Below the pieces are notes generated by a model, which was not told the origin of the DNA, searched no databases, and saw nothing but the letters and a program-made list of their open reading frames with translations. The position numbers were made by a program, and so were the translations under genes. DNA of 64,000 nt from NCBI GenBank assembly GCA_964658305.1, contig OZ210884.1, positions 248,001 to 312,000 of the forward strand. Reading direction: 5' to 3'. Below, in pieces: positions 12,159-24,408 of this stretch (position 1 is its first letter; each line of letters starts with the position of its first letter). Source of the DNA: Leptogorgia sarmentosa. Taxonomy: Eukaryota.

Positions 12159-12768
12159 TAATTTTTGCGACAGAAGGAAAAAAATATGGAATTCGAGATA
12201 TTAACAAAACTATTGCTATTATACTAGCTTTATCCCTCTCACCCATTCTTTTGGTGTTTTCAGTATTTAAAACATTTGTTGACATGATCTTGCTTTTCAA
12301 CAAAAAAATTTATGTTTAAAGTGTAACAATTTCCTAGAACTAACTCTGATTTATTATTTGAAGGTGTTTGGTGAAAATGTTCGGCATCTTGTGGAACATA
12401 AAAATTATAACGAAAGAATTGGGCAACTTTGCGTTGCTGGTTCAGTGGTAGAATTCTCGCCTGCCACGCGGGAGAAGGGGGTTCCATTTCCCTTCCAACG
12501 CAGATTAAACTGGCTTTGAAGCACAGGAATAGTGAACAAGTTATATTAATCCCATATGGTCTAGTGGTTATAGGATCTGGCGTTTTCACCGCCATGGGCC
12601 GGGACTAATTCCCGTATTATCACGTGTTTTTCATGAAATAAATTCACTCCAAAAATTTTGTTTCGGGTCGCACTTCTCATACAATCTCGAGAGTTAACTG
12701 CATACCTTGTAACCAATTAGAAAAAGGAAATGGATGAGTTCTTATTCACGATGGATACTTATTGACAC

Positions 12769-12841
12769 AGCCTCATCAGAGAATTGAACTCTGGACCCCT
12801 GGTTTGCGAAACCAGTGCTCTAACCCCTGAGCTAACGAGGC
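12769..12841 (-). tRNA. tRNA-Thr(CGT) body carrying a CGC (Ala) anticodon
   Basis: All four stems pair; loop TTCGCAA versus TTCGTAA in the mirror copy at 54385-54457. Confidence 0.85.
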
Positions 12842-13482
12842 AGCTTGAAAGCTTGTTTTATATTACTTTCCCATCCTGCACTGATACTTGTTTTCATTCT
12901 TTGTAAAACGTTACCATTTAGTCTTTGATTGATTTATAATATCGAATATATTTCAAGCTAGTAAGCGGTACTCTCAGTTCCACTTTAAAATTATATTTCG
13001 CATTCTCTAAACTAACTTTTTGATTTGCGAATTTCCGACAAATTTGTTTTAATTGTTCATTCTTTTTTCTTTTTTGATAAACATGGACAAGCGCGGAAAT
13101 GGCCAAAATGAATTTACAAACACAACATATCAGACAATTAGACAAATAGGTTCATTCTTCTACTCTTCCTTTATTTCTTTATTCATTATTTCAGAAAATC
13201 CCTTTATTTTCCTCAAAATTCCACAAATTTTGTCATTTACCGGTCTTCAAAGATCGATTAGGGAATAGGGATTAATAGGCTCCAGTCACTTTTTCTACTA
13301 ATTTCTGCATATTCAATTACTTTCAAAATTCCGACAGAACCGAAAATTTCTGACAAATTGACAGATTCCGATTTTACGGAAGGTGGGGGGCGGTCGCCCC
13401 TTCGCCCCACCTGAATTTCTCGAATTGCATAATTCGTCCTTCTCTCGCAAATGCTATTCCCTGGTGAGCGTTAGATCATATA

Positions 13483-14291
13483 CAGGGTGTATAAAAAAAA
13501 CGCAATCCTACGTTCAAATGCAATTTTCATAACGAAAAGTATTAGAAAATAGGCTATATTTACCACCGTTAGAAAGCTCTATCATTCCGCTTTCTTAAGA
13601 CTGCTTGTTTGTTGAATTTAAGTTGGAAATGAGCGAGTAATGGTATTTTTAGTAAGTGTGATTGGACAATTTAAAATTTGAGATGGCTTGAATTTATTAA
13701 AAATTTAACTTTAGTTGGTTACAATCATTCAACGTGGCCTGGCTTTCTCACCACACACAAATCACTTCGACGTTGCATTTCCCGTGCAACTCTTCTTATT
13801 AGTTCATGATTTCCATGTAAAGCATCTGCTTCAAGCTGTATCTGCCGGTATTTAAGTACGTTACGCCAAACGGTCGTCGAATTTGGGACTTGTCGATCCG
13901 GGAAAGCTATTCGAAACAATCTTAAAACTTCCTGAATACTTTTTGTTACAAAGTAACCTTCAACAATAAAAGTTATTTCTGCTGTAGTGAGCTGTGGCAT
14001 GTGCCTAAGACTTTAAAATTATTTCGCGAAAATATTTCAAACAAAATATTCGCATGTAACGATAACGTCCCCTTCCGAATTAAGAACGTCGAATTAGAAG
14101 CATCTAAAAATGACTGCTTGCAGTAAATCACTTATTTTGAAGTCCTAAATGGCCTAAAAAGTCACAATCAACCACTTATTGAGTAGAAAAAAGATAGGGC
14201 TAAAACATGAACTAAAAGTTAAGACATGGAAATCTATATTATTTTGGTTATAAAGCCTTAAACTTGGATTGCGTTTTTTTTATACACCCTG
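13483..14291 (-). mobile_element. internally deleted Tc1/mariner element
   Basis: Perfect 26-bp TIR CAGGGTGTATAAAAAAAACGCAATCC; TA TSD; empty site in the mirror arm at ~53705. Confidence 0.93.
13725..14000 (-). pseudogene. 91-aa transposase remnant (N-terminal HTH fused in frame to the extreme C-terminus)
   Basis: MPQLTTAEITFIVEGYFVTKSIQEVLRLFRIAFPDRQVPNSTTVWRNVLKY joined to RRSDLCVVRKPGHVE; no DDD/E domain. Confidence 0.8.
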
Positions 14292-14823
14292 TAGAGTTAA
14301 CGTAGCATGACGTCATGATTTTAATATAACCGTTTATATAATATTAGTATTACCAGTGAACTAATTTTATATAGACTAAGATCCCAACCCAAACCCTAAA
14401 TACTAACCCTGACCATAGAGGTCGGCAAAATATTGAGGAAAAAAAGTTTTAACTTGAAATCACCAACGCGAAAGAAAAGTGTCGCACCCGGGCTTGAACT
14501 CTAAAACAGCAACGCAAGCACCGCGTGCCTAATCTCCTGAGCTAATTTCGAGCTGGCTGAAAACTGTCGCCAAAAAAACATTATAAAGAGAAAATTCCGT
14601 TAATAATAAATGACGTCATGGTACGTTAACTCTATATCACCTAACACTAACCCTATTCCCATGCCGGGAATCGAACCCAGGCCTTGGTGGTGAGAGCACG
14701 AGATCGTGACCCGTGGACTACATGGGAGAAACATTTATCTTTTCACGGAATGTGAAAATAACGATAATATTTTTAATTTGAATTTCGAAAAAAATTTCGA
14801 TAGACAGCGTGGCCAGAAGTGCT

Positions 14824-14896
14824 TGACCTTGAAGTGAATTGAACACTTAACCTTCTGATCTGGAGTCAGACGCGCTACCAATTGCGCCACAAAGTC
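14824..14896 (-). tRNA. tRNA-Trp(CCA)
   Basis: Intact cloverleaf, TCTGA-CTCCAGA-TCAGA; degenerate copy at 19404-19476. Confidence 0.92.
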
Positions 14897-15797
14897 TTAG
14901 CGCTGTTAAAATGGTTTGGTTTCAGAGAACGAGTCTGAGAATGGGAAGACATGCTGCTTCAATTGAAATTTTCAGACAAAAACTCCCACGCCGGGAATCG
15001 AACCCGGGGCATGGCGGCGAAAACGCCAGATCCTAACCACTACACCACATGGGAGTGATATCTTGTTACTATTCCTGTGTTACAAAGCCAGTTTTTTTCT
15101 CGTGTTGCAGTTGAAATTGAAATGCAACAAAATTAAACTAATCTGCGTTATTATACATTTAACATTTATTCTCGTTCCTGATTGGTCAGACTTGGGAGTT
15201 TCCCGCGCAGATTCAAATCCTGCCGACTACGTTATGCAATATCTTCAATATTTTTGTCTCGAATGTAAACACGATTTTTTGGTGGAACAACTCGATGAGA
15301 TGAAATTCTGTTCTCGCGGTGGTGATCGCTGAATGTTTAAATTCCATCTACAAAATCAACGGAAACAAGTCGCGTTTTTTATTGTATTAAGGTTATGAAA
15401 CATGCCAAGAAAGATTGTGTATTTGAATGTATAATTGAAAAACAGAGGTCCGTGAAATGTTTATAGCTGCGCTTCAAAGTATATGTACGTAATCAACTTA
15501 GTAGAGTACACAGGGAGTGTAGCTCAGTGGTAGAGCATATTCGACTGCAGAACGAGAGGTCGGTGATTGAAATCCGCCCGCTCCTTTTTATCTTAGCTAC
15601 AAACTGGAAAACTTACAAATTCAATAAAGCGGTCTGATGGGAAATATACGACCCACATACTACGATTCGTGTTAAATATATTCACTAATACTTGAAAACG
15701 ATTAGTCCTGATGTTAATTACTAGAATGTTTTGTTGGATTTTACTGCCAGATTGAAGATTTATTCAGTTCGAAGAGCAAGCCCATACTAATGCCAAC

Positions 15798-15879
15798 GTG
15801 GTCGTGGCCGTGTGGTTAAGGCGACAGACTCGAAATCTGTTGGGAAATTCCCGCGCAGGTTCAAATCCTGCCGACTACG
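15798..15879 (+). tRNA. tRNA-Ser(CGA)
   Basis: Long variable arm, loop CTCGAAA; copies at 20457-20538, 39596-39677 and 47903-47984. Confidence 0.88.
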
Positions 15880-16074
15880 GAAAAGCAAATTTTCAATATT
15901 CTTTCTAGAATGCAGCTACTGGGCAAAATTTTGGGGTTACCGCATTCAATAAAGGAGAAAAAGGACAAAAGTTATACAAAGAAGTTCGGTAAGAACCTTT
16001 TTTAGCAAAATAATCATGGTGCCGATGCAACTTTCGCTGAAAATATTTGAAAACAAAAACATTATGTAACATTT

Positions 16075-16735
16075 AAAAAGAGAGCAGGGAAGGCATCGGC
16101 CGTTTCGGAAGGCAACGACCGTTGACGAAAGGGAAATAAGCGGCACCGATGAAAGACTTTACTCCTTTACTTGGGAATAGTCAACAAATAATACTTGATA
16201 GTAATGTGCAGGATTTTCACGTCTGGGAAATTCAGATTTTCAAAAGCTTACTAACACTAAATTCAAGAAAATCAACGGGACCGGATGGTATCTCTGGTTG
16301 GGTCGTTAAAGAAAATGCTGATATTTTCGCACCATTCTCATTGCATCAATTGAAAATAAGTCGTATTGCGAAGGTGGTCTCCACAATCTTGGAAACACGC
16401 AGATGTTGTACCAATTCCGAAAAAAGAACCAGTACGCGATGTTTACCGCCACTTGCGTCCCAGTTCCCTGAGTACGATTGTGTCGAAAGTCGTGCAGGTC
16501 TATGTTGTTTATAATTTTATAAAACCAGCTGTGCTTACAAAAGTTGAGCCCAATCAGTACGGAACGATTCCAAACTCAAGCACCGATTCAAAACTCATAA
16601 GCATGTTTCACCCTTGGAGTAAATCAACTGATGGCAACGGCGGTAATGATGTACGAGTAATGATATTTGACTTCAGGAAGCCTTTCGATCTGATAGGTCA
16701 GCGTCTATTAGTTCAGAACCTAAGAGCGTACTGAT
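16075..16735 (+). mobile_element. non-LTR (CR1/L2-like) reverse transcriptase fragment
   Basis: KSTGPDGI, WKHADVVPIPKK, LRPSSLS, NQYG, DFRKPFDLI; frameshifted. Confidence 0.88.
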
Positions 16736-17393
16736 TATATAATTTCTCTTTAGTAAACATCCTCATCGTTTGAAGTGGTGCCTTTCCTTGTACAAGAAAG
16801 GATTATAGAAGAAATTGTAATAAATAATGTGTACCTCTTTCACGTATTTGGATCAGGTAAATTCTCAAGGGAAAGAATTAGAACGGGATGTGGCATGTTG
16901 AAGGTAGCAAAGCCTTTCGATCTGATATGTCAGCGTCTATTAGTTCAGAACCTAAGAGCGTACTGATTACATAATTTCTCTTTAGTAAACATCCTCATCG
17001 TTTGAAGTGGTGCCTTTCCTTGTACAAGAAAGGAAGAAACGTGAAACAATTGGGAAACTTTGTCATGTTAGCACTTTGGACTTTGAATCCAGCGATCCGA
17101 GTTCAAGTCTCGGCAGAGCCTATTTTAGACCTTACATTTGATTTTTTTATAATACAGTGGATTGTATTACCTTTCTCTTCCTTCATTCATTTGGCAATTC
17201 AGAGTTAATTGAAACTGATTGATAATTTTGTTCCAAGAACAAAATTAATGTGAAGGTGAACTTGATAATTTAATTACTAAATGTATACTCGTATTCGACT
17301 CACATCAGTTGTCAAGAGAAAATCAGAACGGCATGTGGCATTTTGAAGGTAGCAAAGAACAAATGTGATAGGAAATTCCAGGTTTTCATGCGT

Positions 17394-17518
17394 TTCAGGA
17401 TGGCCGAGCGGTCTAAGGCGCCAGACTAAAGTGCAAAAACTTGTCACGACCAACCTTGACATAATAGGGCGTTCTGGTGCACACATGTGGTCTTGGGTTC
17501 GAATATCCACTCCTGACA
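17394..17518 (+). pseudogene. intron-containing tRNA-Leu(CAA) body with AAA anticodon, degenerate
   Basis: GACTAAAG versus GACTCAAG in the mirror copy; G1 and T-stem altered. Confidence 0.78.
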
Positions 17519-17660
17519 ACAAATCTACAAAAAAATTGAGAACATTTCTTTTCAGAGCTGATCTATTTACACAAATTCGATATCACCAAGAAATGTTTCT
17601 GGTTTTTTACTGAAAAATTCCAATAAAAAAATATTCTCCATTTAAAAAAGCTCATATGTA

Positions 17661-17738
17661 TGTTTCCGCCCAGGTTCGAACTGCATGAGGACCTTGCGCG
17701 TGTTAAGCGCATGTGATCACCACTACACTACGGAAACT
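17661..17738 (-). pseudogene. tRNA-Val(AAC) with insertion
   Basis: Mirror of 46467-46539 with a 5-nt insertion; Val(TAC) relics at 17851-17929, 46260-46332 and 49288-49360. Confidence 0.8.
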
Positions 17739-18286
17739 GACATATGCGCGAACGTATAGAAACTGATGTATTCACTTTAATCAATTTTTAACGTTTTTTA
17801 TTGAAAATGTGCAAAGAAAAAATATCTGCAGTTAAAAAAGCCCATATGTATATTTCCGCCCAGGTTCGAACTGAGGATCTTGCGCGTGTAAGGCGCACGT
17901 GATAACTAATAACCACTACACTACGGAAACGAACTGGAAGAAAATTAGAAAACAGAGACAAAGTTTCGCAGATGTGAGACTCATCCAATAACCAGTCCAC
18001 TACTCGAAATGTATAGCAAACCCTAAATTTCACCGTCGAAAACACTAACAAGATAATACAAAAATAAAATAAACACAGTATTTCCGATGACCATTCAAAT
18101 TTCCCAAAGGCATTAAAATCGTTTGATTTTAACTGGGATTATAGAAAAAATTGTAATAAATAATGTGTACCTCTTTCACGTATTTGGATCAGGTAAATTC
18201 TCAAGGGAAAGAATTAGAACGGGATGTGGCATGTTGAAGGTAGCAAAGAATAAATGTGCTGTAGGAAATTCCATGTTTTCATGCGT

Positions 18287-18410
18287 GTCAGGATGGCCGA
18301 GCAGGCTAAGGCGCCAGACTCAAGTGCAAAAACTTATCACGATCAACCTTGACATAATAGGGCGTTCTGGTCCACACATGTCGTTGTGTGTTCGAATCCC
18401 ACTCCTGACA
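18287..18410 (+). pseudogene. intron-containing tRNA-Leu(CAA), diverged
   Basis: 40-nt intron after CAAG; mirror copy at 45799-45922. Confidence 0.82.
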
Positions 18411-19245
18411 AATTTACAAAAAAATTGAGAATATTTCTTTTCAGAGCTGATCTATTTACACAAATTCGATATCACCAAGAAATGTTTCTGGTTTTTTACT
18501 GAAACATTCCAAACAAAAAAATATCTCCAATAATAAAAGTTAATATGTATCTTTCCGCTCGAGACCTTGGGACCTTGCGCGTGTAAGGCGCGCGTGAAAA
18601 CCACCACAACAGAAACGGATTGGGACAAAATTACAAAACAGAGAGAAATTCTGGAGAAGTGAATCGATGCAACGAAAAATTTGAAACAAATTCATGGAGA
18701 TGCAGGTCATAGGCAGATTTAAACTTGGGTCCTTGCAGTGTTAGAAGCGTGTAGTAACCAGTGCACTACACGAAATGTATAGCATTCCCTCAATTTCAAC
18801 CTCCCAACTCTAACAAGATAATGCAAAAACAACATAAACACAGTATTCCGATGACCACTGAAAATTCGTAATGGTATTAAAATCGTTCGATTTTAACTGC
18901 GATTGATTGAAAAAATTCCAATAAAATAATGTGTACCTCCGTCGCGTAAATTGATTTTGCTGATGAGATTTAAAGTGCAACAATTTCCTGGAACTTACTC
19001 TGTTTATTATTTGAAGGTGCTTGCTGAAAATGTTCGGTATCTTGTGGAATATGAACATTTTAACAAAAGAATTGAGCAATTTTGCGTTGGTGGTTCAGTG
19101 GTAGAATTCTCGCCTGCCACGCGGGAGACCGGTTCGATTCCCCGCTAACGCAGAATATTGTCATTTTGTTGCATTGCAATTTCAACTGCAACACGACAGA
19201 AAACCTGGCCTTTAACACAGAAATATTCAAGCAACAAGTTATCAC

Positions 19246-19317
19246 TCCCATGTGGTCTACTGGTTGGGATCTGGCGTTTTCACTGCCATGCCCCGGGTTC
19301 GATTCCCGGCGTGGGAA
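19246..19317 (+). tRNA. tRNA-Glu(TTC), diverged
   Basis: Loop TTTTCAC; follows a Gly(GCC) copy at 19084-19152. Confidence 0.78.
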
Positions 19318-19499
19318 TTTATTATGAAAATTTCAATTTGAAGCAGCTTGTGTTCACATTTTCAAACTCGTTCTCTGAAACTAAACCATTTTAACAGCGC
19401 CACTACCTTGTGGCGCAATTGGTAGCGCGTCTGACTCCAGATCGGAAGGTTAAGTGTTGAATTTACTTCAAGGTCAAGCACTTCTAGCCACCCTAACCA

Positions 19500-19755
19500 A
19501 AGATAATTTTTGCTTTGCATAGCGCGGCCGCCATGTTTGTTTTGTTTTGATGCAAACTGTAGCTTGAGCTCTAATTTGATTGGTTCAAAGTAATAACATA
19601 ATACTGCACTGTGATTTGGGATTAACTGCACAGAAATGAGCCAATCACAGTCGAGTAACACTTTTATTTATATTATCAAGAAAGAAACACCCAAAAGAAT
19701 CCATTTTATTCCCAAGCAACCTTGGGCCTACGTCCCACGCGGTCACCTCAGAGTG
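19500..19755. mobile_element. interspersed repeat fragment
   Basis: Homologous to 44125-44450, 44632-44832 and ~63235-63440 (GCGGCCGCCATGTTTGTTTTGTTT...TTTGATTGGTTCAAAGT). Confidence 0.6.
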
Positions 19756-19816
19756 TACGTCAGTTGTAGATGTGAATGTTTAGTTCAACAACGCGAAACC
19801 TGTTGGTTGAAGTAAG

Positions 19817-19898
19817 GTAGTCGTGGCCGAGCGGTTAAGGCGACAGACTAGAAATCTGTTGGGAGTTTCCCGCGCAGGTTCAAATCCTGCCGACTACG
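19817..19898 (+). tRNA. tRNA-Ser(AGA)
   Basis: Intact; identical mirror copy at 43972-44053. Confidence 0.95.
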
Positions 19899-20754
19899 TT
19901 ATGCAAAGTCTTCAACATTTTGGCCTCGAATGTAAACATGATTTTTTGGGGGAAAAAACTCGAGGAGAGGAAATTCTGTTCTCAGTGGTGGCGGCTGAGT
20001 GTTTAAATTCCATCTACAAAATCAATGGAAACAAGTCGCGTTCTTTCTTGTATTAAGATTATGAAACATGCCAAGAAAGATTTTGTATTTGAATGTAAAA
20101 TTGAAAAACAGAGGTCCGTGAAATGTTTATAGCTGCGCTTCAAAGTATATGTACGTAATTAACCTAGTAGACTACACAGGGAGTGTAGCACAGTGGTAGA
20201 GCATTCGACTGCAGATCGAGAGGTGGTTCAAATCCGCCCGCTCCTTCTTATCATACCTATAAACTGGAAAACTTTCAAAGTCTTTAAAGCAGGCTGTTGG
20301 GAAATATGCGACCCAAAGAGTTGAGATGCATATACTACGATTCGTGTTAAATCTATCCACCAATACTTGAAAACGATTACTAAAATATTTTGTTGGATTT
20401 TACTGCCAGATTGAAGAATTATTTAGTTCGAAGTGCAAGCCAATACTAATGCCACCGTAGTCGTGGCCGAGTGGTTAAGGCGACAGACTCGAAATCTGTT
20501 GGGAAATTCCCGCGCAGGTTCAAATCCTGGCGACTACGGAAAAGAAATTTTCAATATTTTTTCTACAATGTAGCTATTTGGCAAAATTTTCGTGTTACAG
20601 CATGCATTAAGGAGAATAAAGAGAAAAGTTATAGTACAAAGAAGTTCAGTAAGGACCTTTTTTAACAAACCATTCTTGGTGCCGACGCAATTCTCGCTGA
20701 AAATCTTTGAAAACAAAAGTATTTATAGTAGGAAGGCATTATGTAACATTTAAA

Positions 20755-21192
20755 AAGAGAGCAGGGAAGGCATCGGTCGTTTGTGAAAGCAACGACCGTT
20801 TACGAGAGGGAAATAAGCGGCACCAATGAAAGAGTTTACTCGTTTACTTCCGAATATTCAACAAATAATACTTGATAGTAATGCGCAGGATTTTCAAGTC
20901 TGGGAAATTCAGATTTTCAAAACCTTACTAACACTAAATTCAAGTAAATGAACGGGACCGAATGGCATCTCTGGTAGGGTCGTTAAAGGAAATGCAGATA
21001 TTTCTGAACCATACCCATTGCAGAAATTGTAAATAAGTCGTGTCGCGAAGGTTGTCTCCTGAAAAAAGAACCAGAACGCGATGTTAACCGCCACTTTCGG
21101 CCCATTTCCCTTAGTACGATTGTGTCGAAAGTCGTGGAGGACTTTGTTGTTGATAATTTTATAAAACCAGATGTGCTTACAAAAGTTGACCC
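20755..21192 (+). mobile_element. second, more decayed copy of the LINE RT fragment
   Basis: Homologous to 16075-16550 and duplicated together with the upstream Cys/Ser tRNAs. Confidence 0.8.
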
Positions 21193-21330
21193 GAGTCGCG
21201 TTTTATATTGTATTAAGATTATGTCACATGTCAAGAATTATTTTGTATTTGAATGTAGAATTGAAAAATCAGAGGTCCGTGAATTGATTATAGCTGTGTT
21301 GGAAAGTAAATTAACCTAGTAGACTGCATA

Positions 21331-21402
21331 GGGAGTGTAGCTCAGTGGTAGAGCATTCGACTGCAGATCGAGAGGTCGGTGGATCAAATCCGCCCGCTCC
21401 TT
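21331..21402 (+). tRNA. tRNA-Cys(GCA), T-loop variant
   Basis: Loop CTGCAGA; other copies at 15513, 20179, 28628-28702 and 48196-48267. Confidence 0.8.
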
Positions 21403-22152
21403 CTTATCATACATATAAATTGGAAAACTTTCAAATTCTTTGAAGCAGGCTGATGGGAAATATGCGTCCCAGAGGGTTAAAATGCATATACTACGATTCG
21501 TGTTAAATCTATCCACCAATACTTGAAAACGATTACTAAAATATTTTGTTGGATTTCACTGGCAGATTGAAAATTTATTCATTTCGAAGTGCAAGCCAAG
21601 GTCAATGCCAATGTAGTCGTAGCCGAGTGGTTAAGGCGACAGACTTGAAATCTGTTGGGAAATTCCCGCGCCGGTTCTATGGACTACACGGGGAGTGTTG
21701 CTCGGTGCATGGTAGAGCATGTGACTGCAGATCGAGAGGTTGGTGGTTCAAAGTTCAAACCCGCCCGTTCCTTCTTATCATACATATAAACTGAAAAGCT
21801 TTCAAATTCTTTAAAGCGGGGAGCGTTAGATCATATAGAACGTACCATGACGTCATGATTTTAATATAACAGTTTATATAATATTAGTATAAGCTGTGAA
21901 CTAATTTTATATAGACTAAGATCCCAACCCAAACCCTAAATACTAACCCTGACCACAGAGGTCGGCAAAATATTGACGGAAAAAATGATTTAACTTGAAA
22001 TCGCCAACGCGAAAGAAAAGTGTCGCACCGGGGCTTGAAATCTACTCTTAAACCACATGGGAGTGATAGCTTGTTGACTATTCATTTGTTACGAAGCCAG
22101 GTATTTTTTCGTGTTGAAGTTCAAATTGAAACGCAACAAAATGAAAATAACC

Positions 22153-22223
22153 TGCGTTAGCGGGGAATCGAACCCTGGTCTCCCGCGTGGCAGGCGAGAA
22201 TTCTACCACTGAACCACCAACGC
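22153..22223 (-). tRNA. tRNA-Gly(GCC)
   Basis: Full-length, loop CTGCCAC; 5' end abuts a MITE. Confidence 0.9.
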
Positions 22224-22224
22224 A

Positions 22225-22826
22225 TAGCCTGTGCCCCAGACCACACACGGTTTGTGTATGGTCTGTGCAACGAGCTCCTAAAAGCTGTCCCGTTACGTCA
22301 CAGCTTTTAGCAAAATGTATGCAATTATTATGATCAAAATTATTATAATTACAATCAAGATGGCGGCGTATTCAGACGAAACATAGATATCGCTAGATAA
22401 AGCTTCCTCAGTTCTTCTTCTGCCTTTAAAACGTTTCCACGAAGATTACTAAGAGTTTTTAACTTTGATTTGCATCTTTTGCAAACGTATTTTGCGATAC
22501 TGCTAAAAACCACGAACGGCAAAGTGCGTATAATCCCCAACGGATTAAATTGGCCTGAGATTTCGATGAGATTGAAGTCGCTGTTGTTTTTTAAAGTTAT
22601 TGCACAGATACTGCAGCATGGCGGGGAAGTCATGCCATTGCCATTAGTGTACTAAGCATGTTTTTAATCGATTTATTACAAATGTATGTATAATTTGTCG
22701 CCTTGTAACTTAATCATGCATAAATTTTCCCCGCCTGGCGGTGAAAGCTGTGACGTAACGGGACAGCTTTTAGGAGCTCGTTGCACAGACCATACACAAA
22801 CCGTGTGTGGTCTGGGGCACAGGCTA
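22225..22826. mobile_element. 602-bp non-autonomous DNA element with ~83-bp perfect TIR and 8-bp TSD (hAT-like)
   Basis: TAGCCTGTGCCCCAGACC...GGTCTGGGGCACAGGCTA; TSD CCAACGCA at 22217-22224 and 22827-22834. Confidence 0.93.
22355..22633 (-). CDS. putative 92-aa CxxC...CxxC zinc-finger peptide inside the TIR element
   Basis: CSIC-x~40-CKRC followed by an amphipathic helix; open ATG-to-stop frame. Confidence 0.4.
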   Translation of the reverse strand: MTSPPCCSICAITLKNNSDFNLIEISGQFNPLGIIRTLPFVVFSSIAKYVCKRCKSKLKTLSNLRGNVLKAEEELRKLYLAISMFRLNTPPS

Positions 22827-23604
22827 CCAACGCAAAGTTGCCCGACTCTTTCGTTATAATAATCATATTCCACTAGATGCCGAAAATTTTGACCAAACAC
22901 CGTCAAAAATAAATCATAGTAAGTTCTAGGAAATTTTTACACTTCTGAGGCGCCCTGTCATTTGCGGCACAAGGTTGTGGCATTGTTAAACTGGTTTCGT
23001 TTCCGAGAATGAGTTCGAAGATGTGAACAGAAACTATTTCAAATTCAAATTTTCAGAAAGCATTCCAATGTCGGGAATCAAACCCAGACCATGGCGGAAA
23101 AAACGCGGGATTCAAACCAGAGAACCACACTATGGGAGGGACAATTTGTGGATTATTTGTGACATGTGACGAGAAACGTGCAAATTTTTGAATATTTTGT
23201 AATGCAGCGAATGCAGCGAATTTTATTGCCTTCCCCTTCCACCATCCATGTTGCAATTCAGAGTTAATCGAATCAAATTAATCCAAGAGAGAGATTAATG
23301 ACAAGTTGAGGTTGTTATTTTAATTAAGGGATACTAAGGGATAGAAACAAATGCAAAAATTCTGTCAACGACCAAATATTTTTTTCCAATATTGCGGAAA
23401 TTCGTAGGTTTTTCAGCCATTCGAATAGTTTTTCCTTTGCTCGAATTAGATATATATTAATCATGTCAGCAAGCAAACGAGGGTAAAGTTAGAATATAGT
23501 GATTTTACTTGTGGGTTAAATTATGAGTTTTAACAAATTCTAGAAAAGAAGCATCACGTTTTAAAACTAACGTCAGCTCAATACAGCCATGAACAACGAA
23601 AATT

Positions 23605-23686
23605 TGGCAGTGGTGGGATTCGAACCCACGTCATCGAAATGACTGATGCCTAAAACCAGCGCCTTAGACCACTCGGCCACGCTACC
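23605..23686 (-). tRNA. tRNA-Leu(TAG)
   Basis: 82 nt, CTGGT-TTTAGGC-ATCAG. Confidence 0.88.
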
Positions 23687-24326
23687 TTTAACCTGATAAT
23701 TATATGACTCCTAGCTCTTTAGTAAATATCCACGTCCTTTGAAGAGATGCCTTTTTCTGTCAATTGCAAAAAAGGAAGAAGAAACGTGAAACAGTTAGGA
23801 AACATTGTCACGATCGTGTTAAGGTTCTGTGGTTTAATGGCTGGCACTTTGGGCTCTGAATTCTGCGCTGAGAGTTCAAGTCTCCGCCGAACATAGACTG
23901 AACAGGACATTAGAAACTTGGTACAAGTAGCGAATGTTCTACATTTCTCTAGTGCTGTCCATTTTGGATCTCATAGTTAGTTGGAAAAAATATTGAGAAA
24001 GAACAATTATATAATGTTAAGGTGAATTTCTTATTGTAGTTACAAAAGCTAGCGATACTCTGTTATAAAAGCTCTTTAACGAGAAAATTTAGGAAGGTGT
24101 GTAAAATAATCGAGAATTTAGAAACCAATGCGAAAAGTCTGTTCATGATGAAAAAGTGGGAATCAAATAATTTTGCAAAAAAAAGGGTGAATTCAGAAAA
24201 TATTAATTTTTCTTTTTTTCCGTTATGGATGAAGTTATGAGTTTTCCCAAAACAAGGATAAGAAACGTGAACTTGTGAAATTTATATTAACTGAATCAAC
24301 AACAGCATCAAAGAAAGACGAAAATT

Positions 24327-24408
24327 TGGCAGCGGTGGGATTCGAACCCACGTCATCGAAATGACTGATGCCTTAAACCAGCGCCTTAGTGCACTCGGCC
24401 ACGCTACC
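24327..24408 (-). tRNA. tRNA-Leu(AAG)
   Basis: 82 nt, loop TTAAGGC; others at 34750-34831 and 37070-37151. Confidence 0.85.

Larger units (their letters stand above)
13462..14652. mobile_element. MITE with ~45-bp imperfect TIR and 7-8-bp TSD, hosting a Tc1/mariner insertion
   Basis: GGTGAGCGTTAGATCATATAGAGTTAACG versus GGTTAGTGTTAGGTGATATAGAGTTAACG; CTATTCCC at 13454-13461 and 14653-14660; empty site after tRNA-Glu at ~43568; copies at ~21820-22045 and ~52469-53726. Confidence 0.8.

Noticed and set aside
11779..12204. 141-171-aa ORF conserved in two copies (also 55199-55714)
   Set aside because: It runs across a transposon end, a spacer and a tRNA-Glu; the second copy is simply the palindrome mirror.
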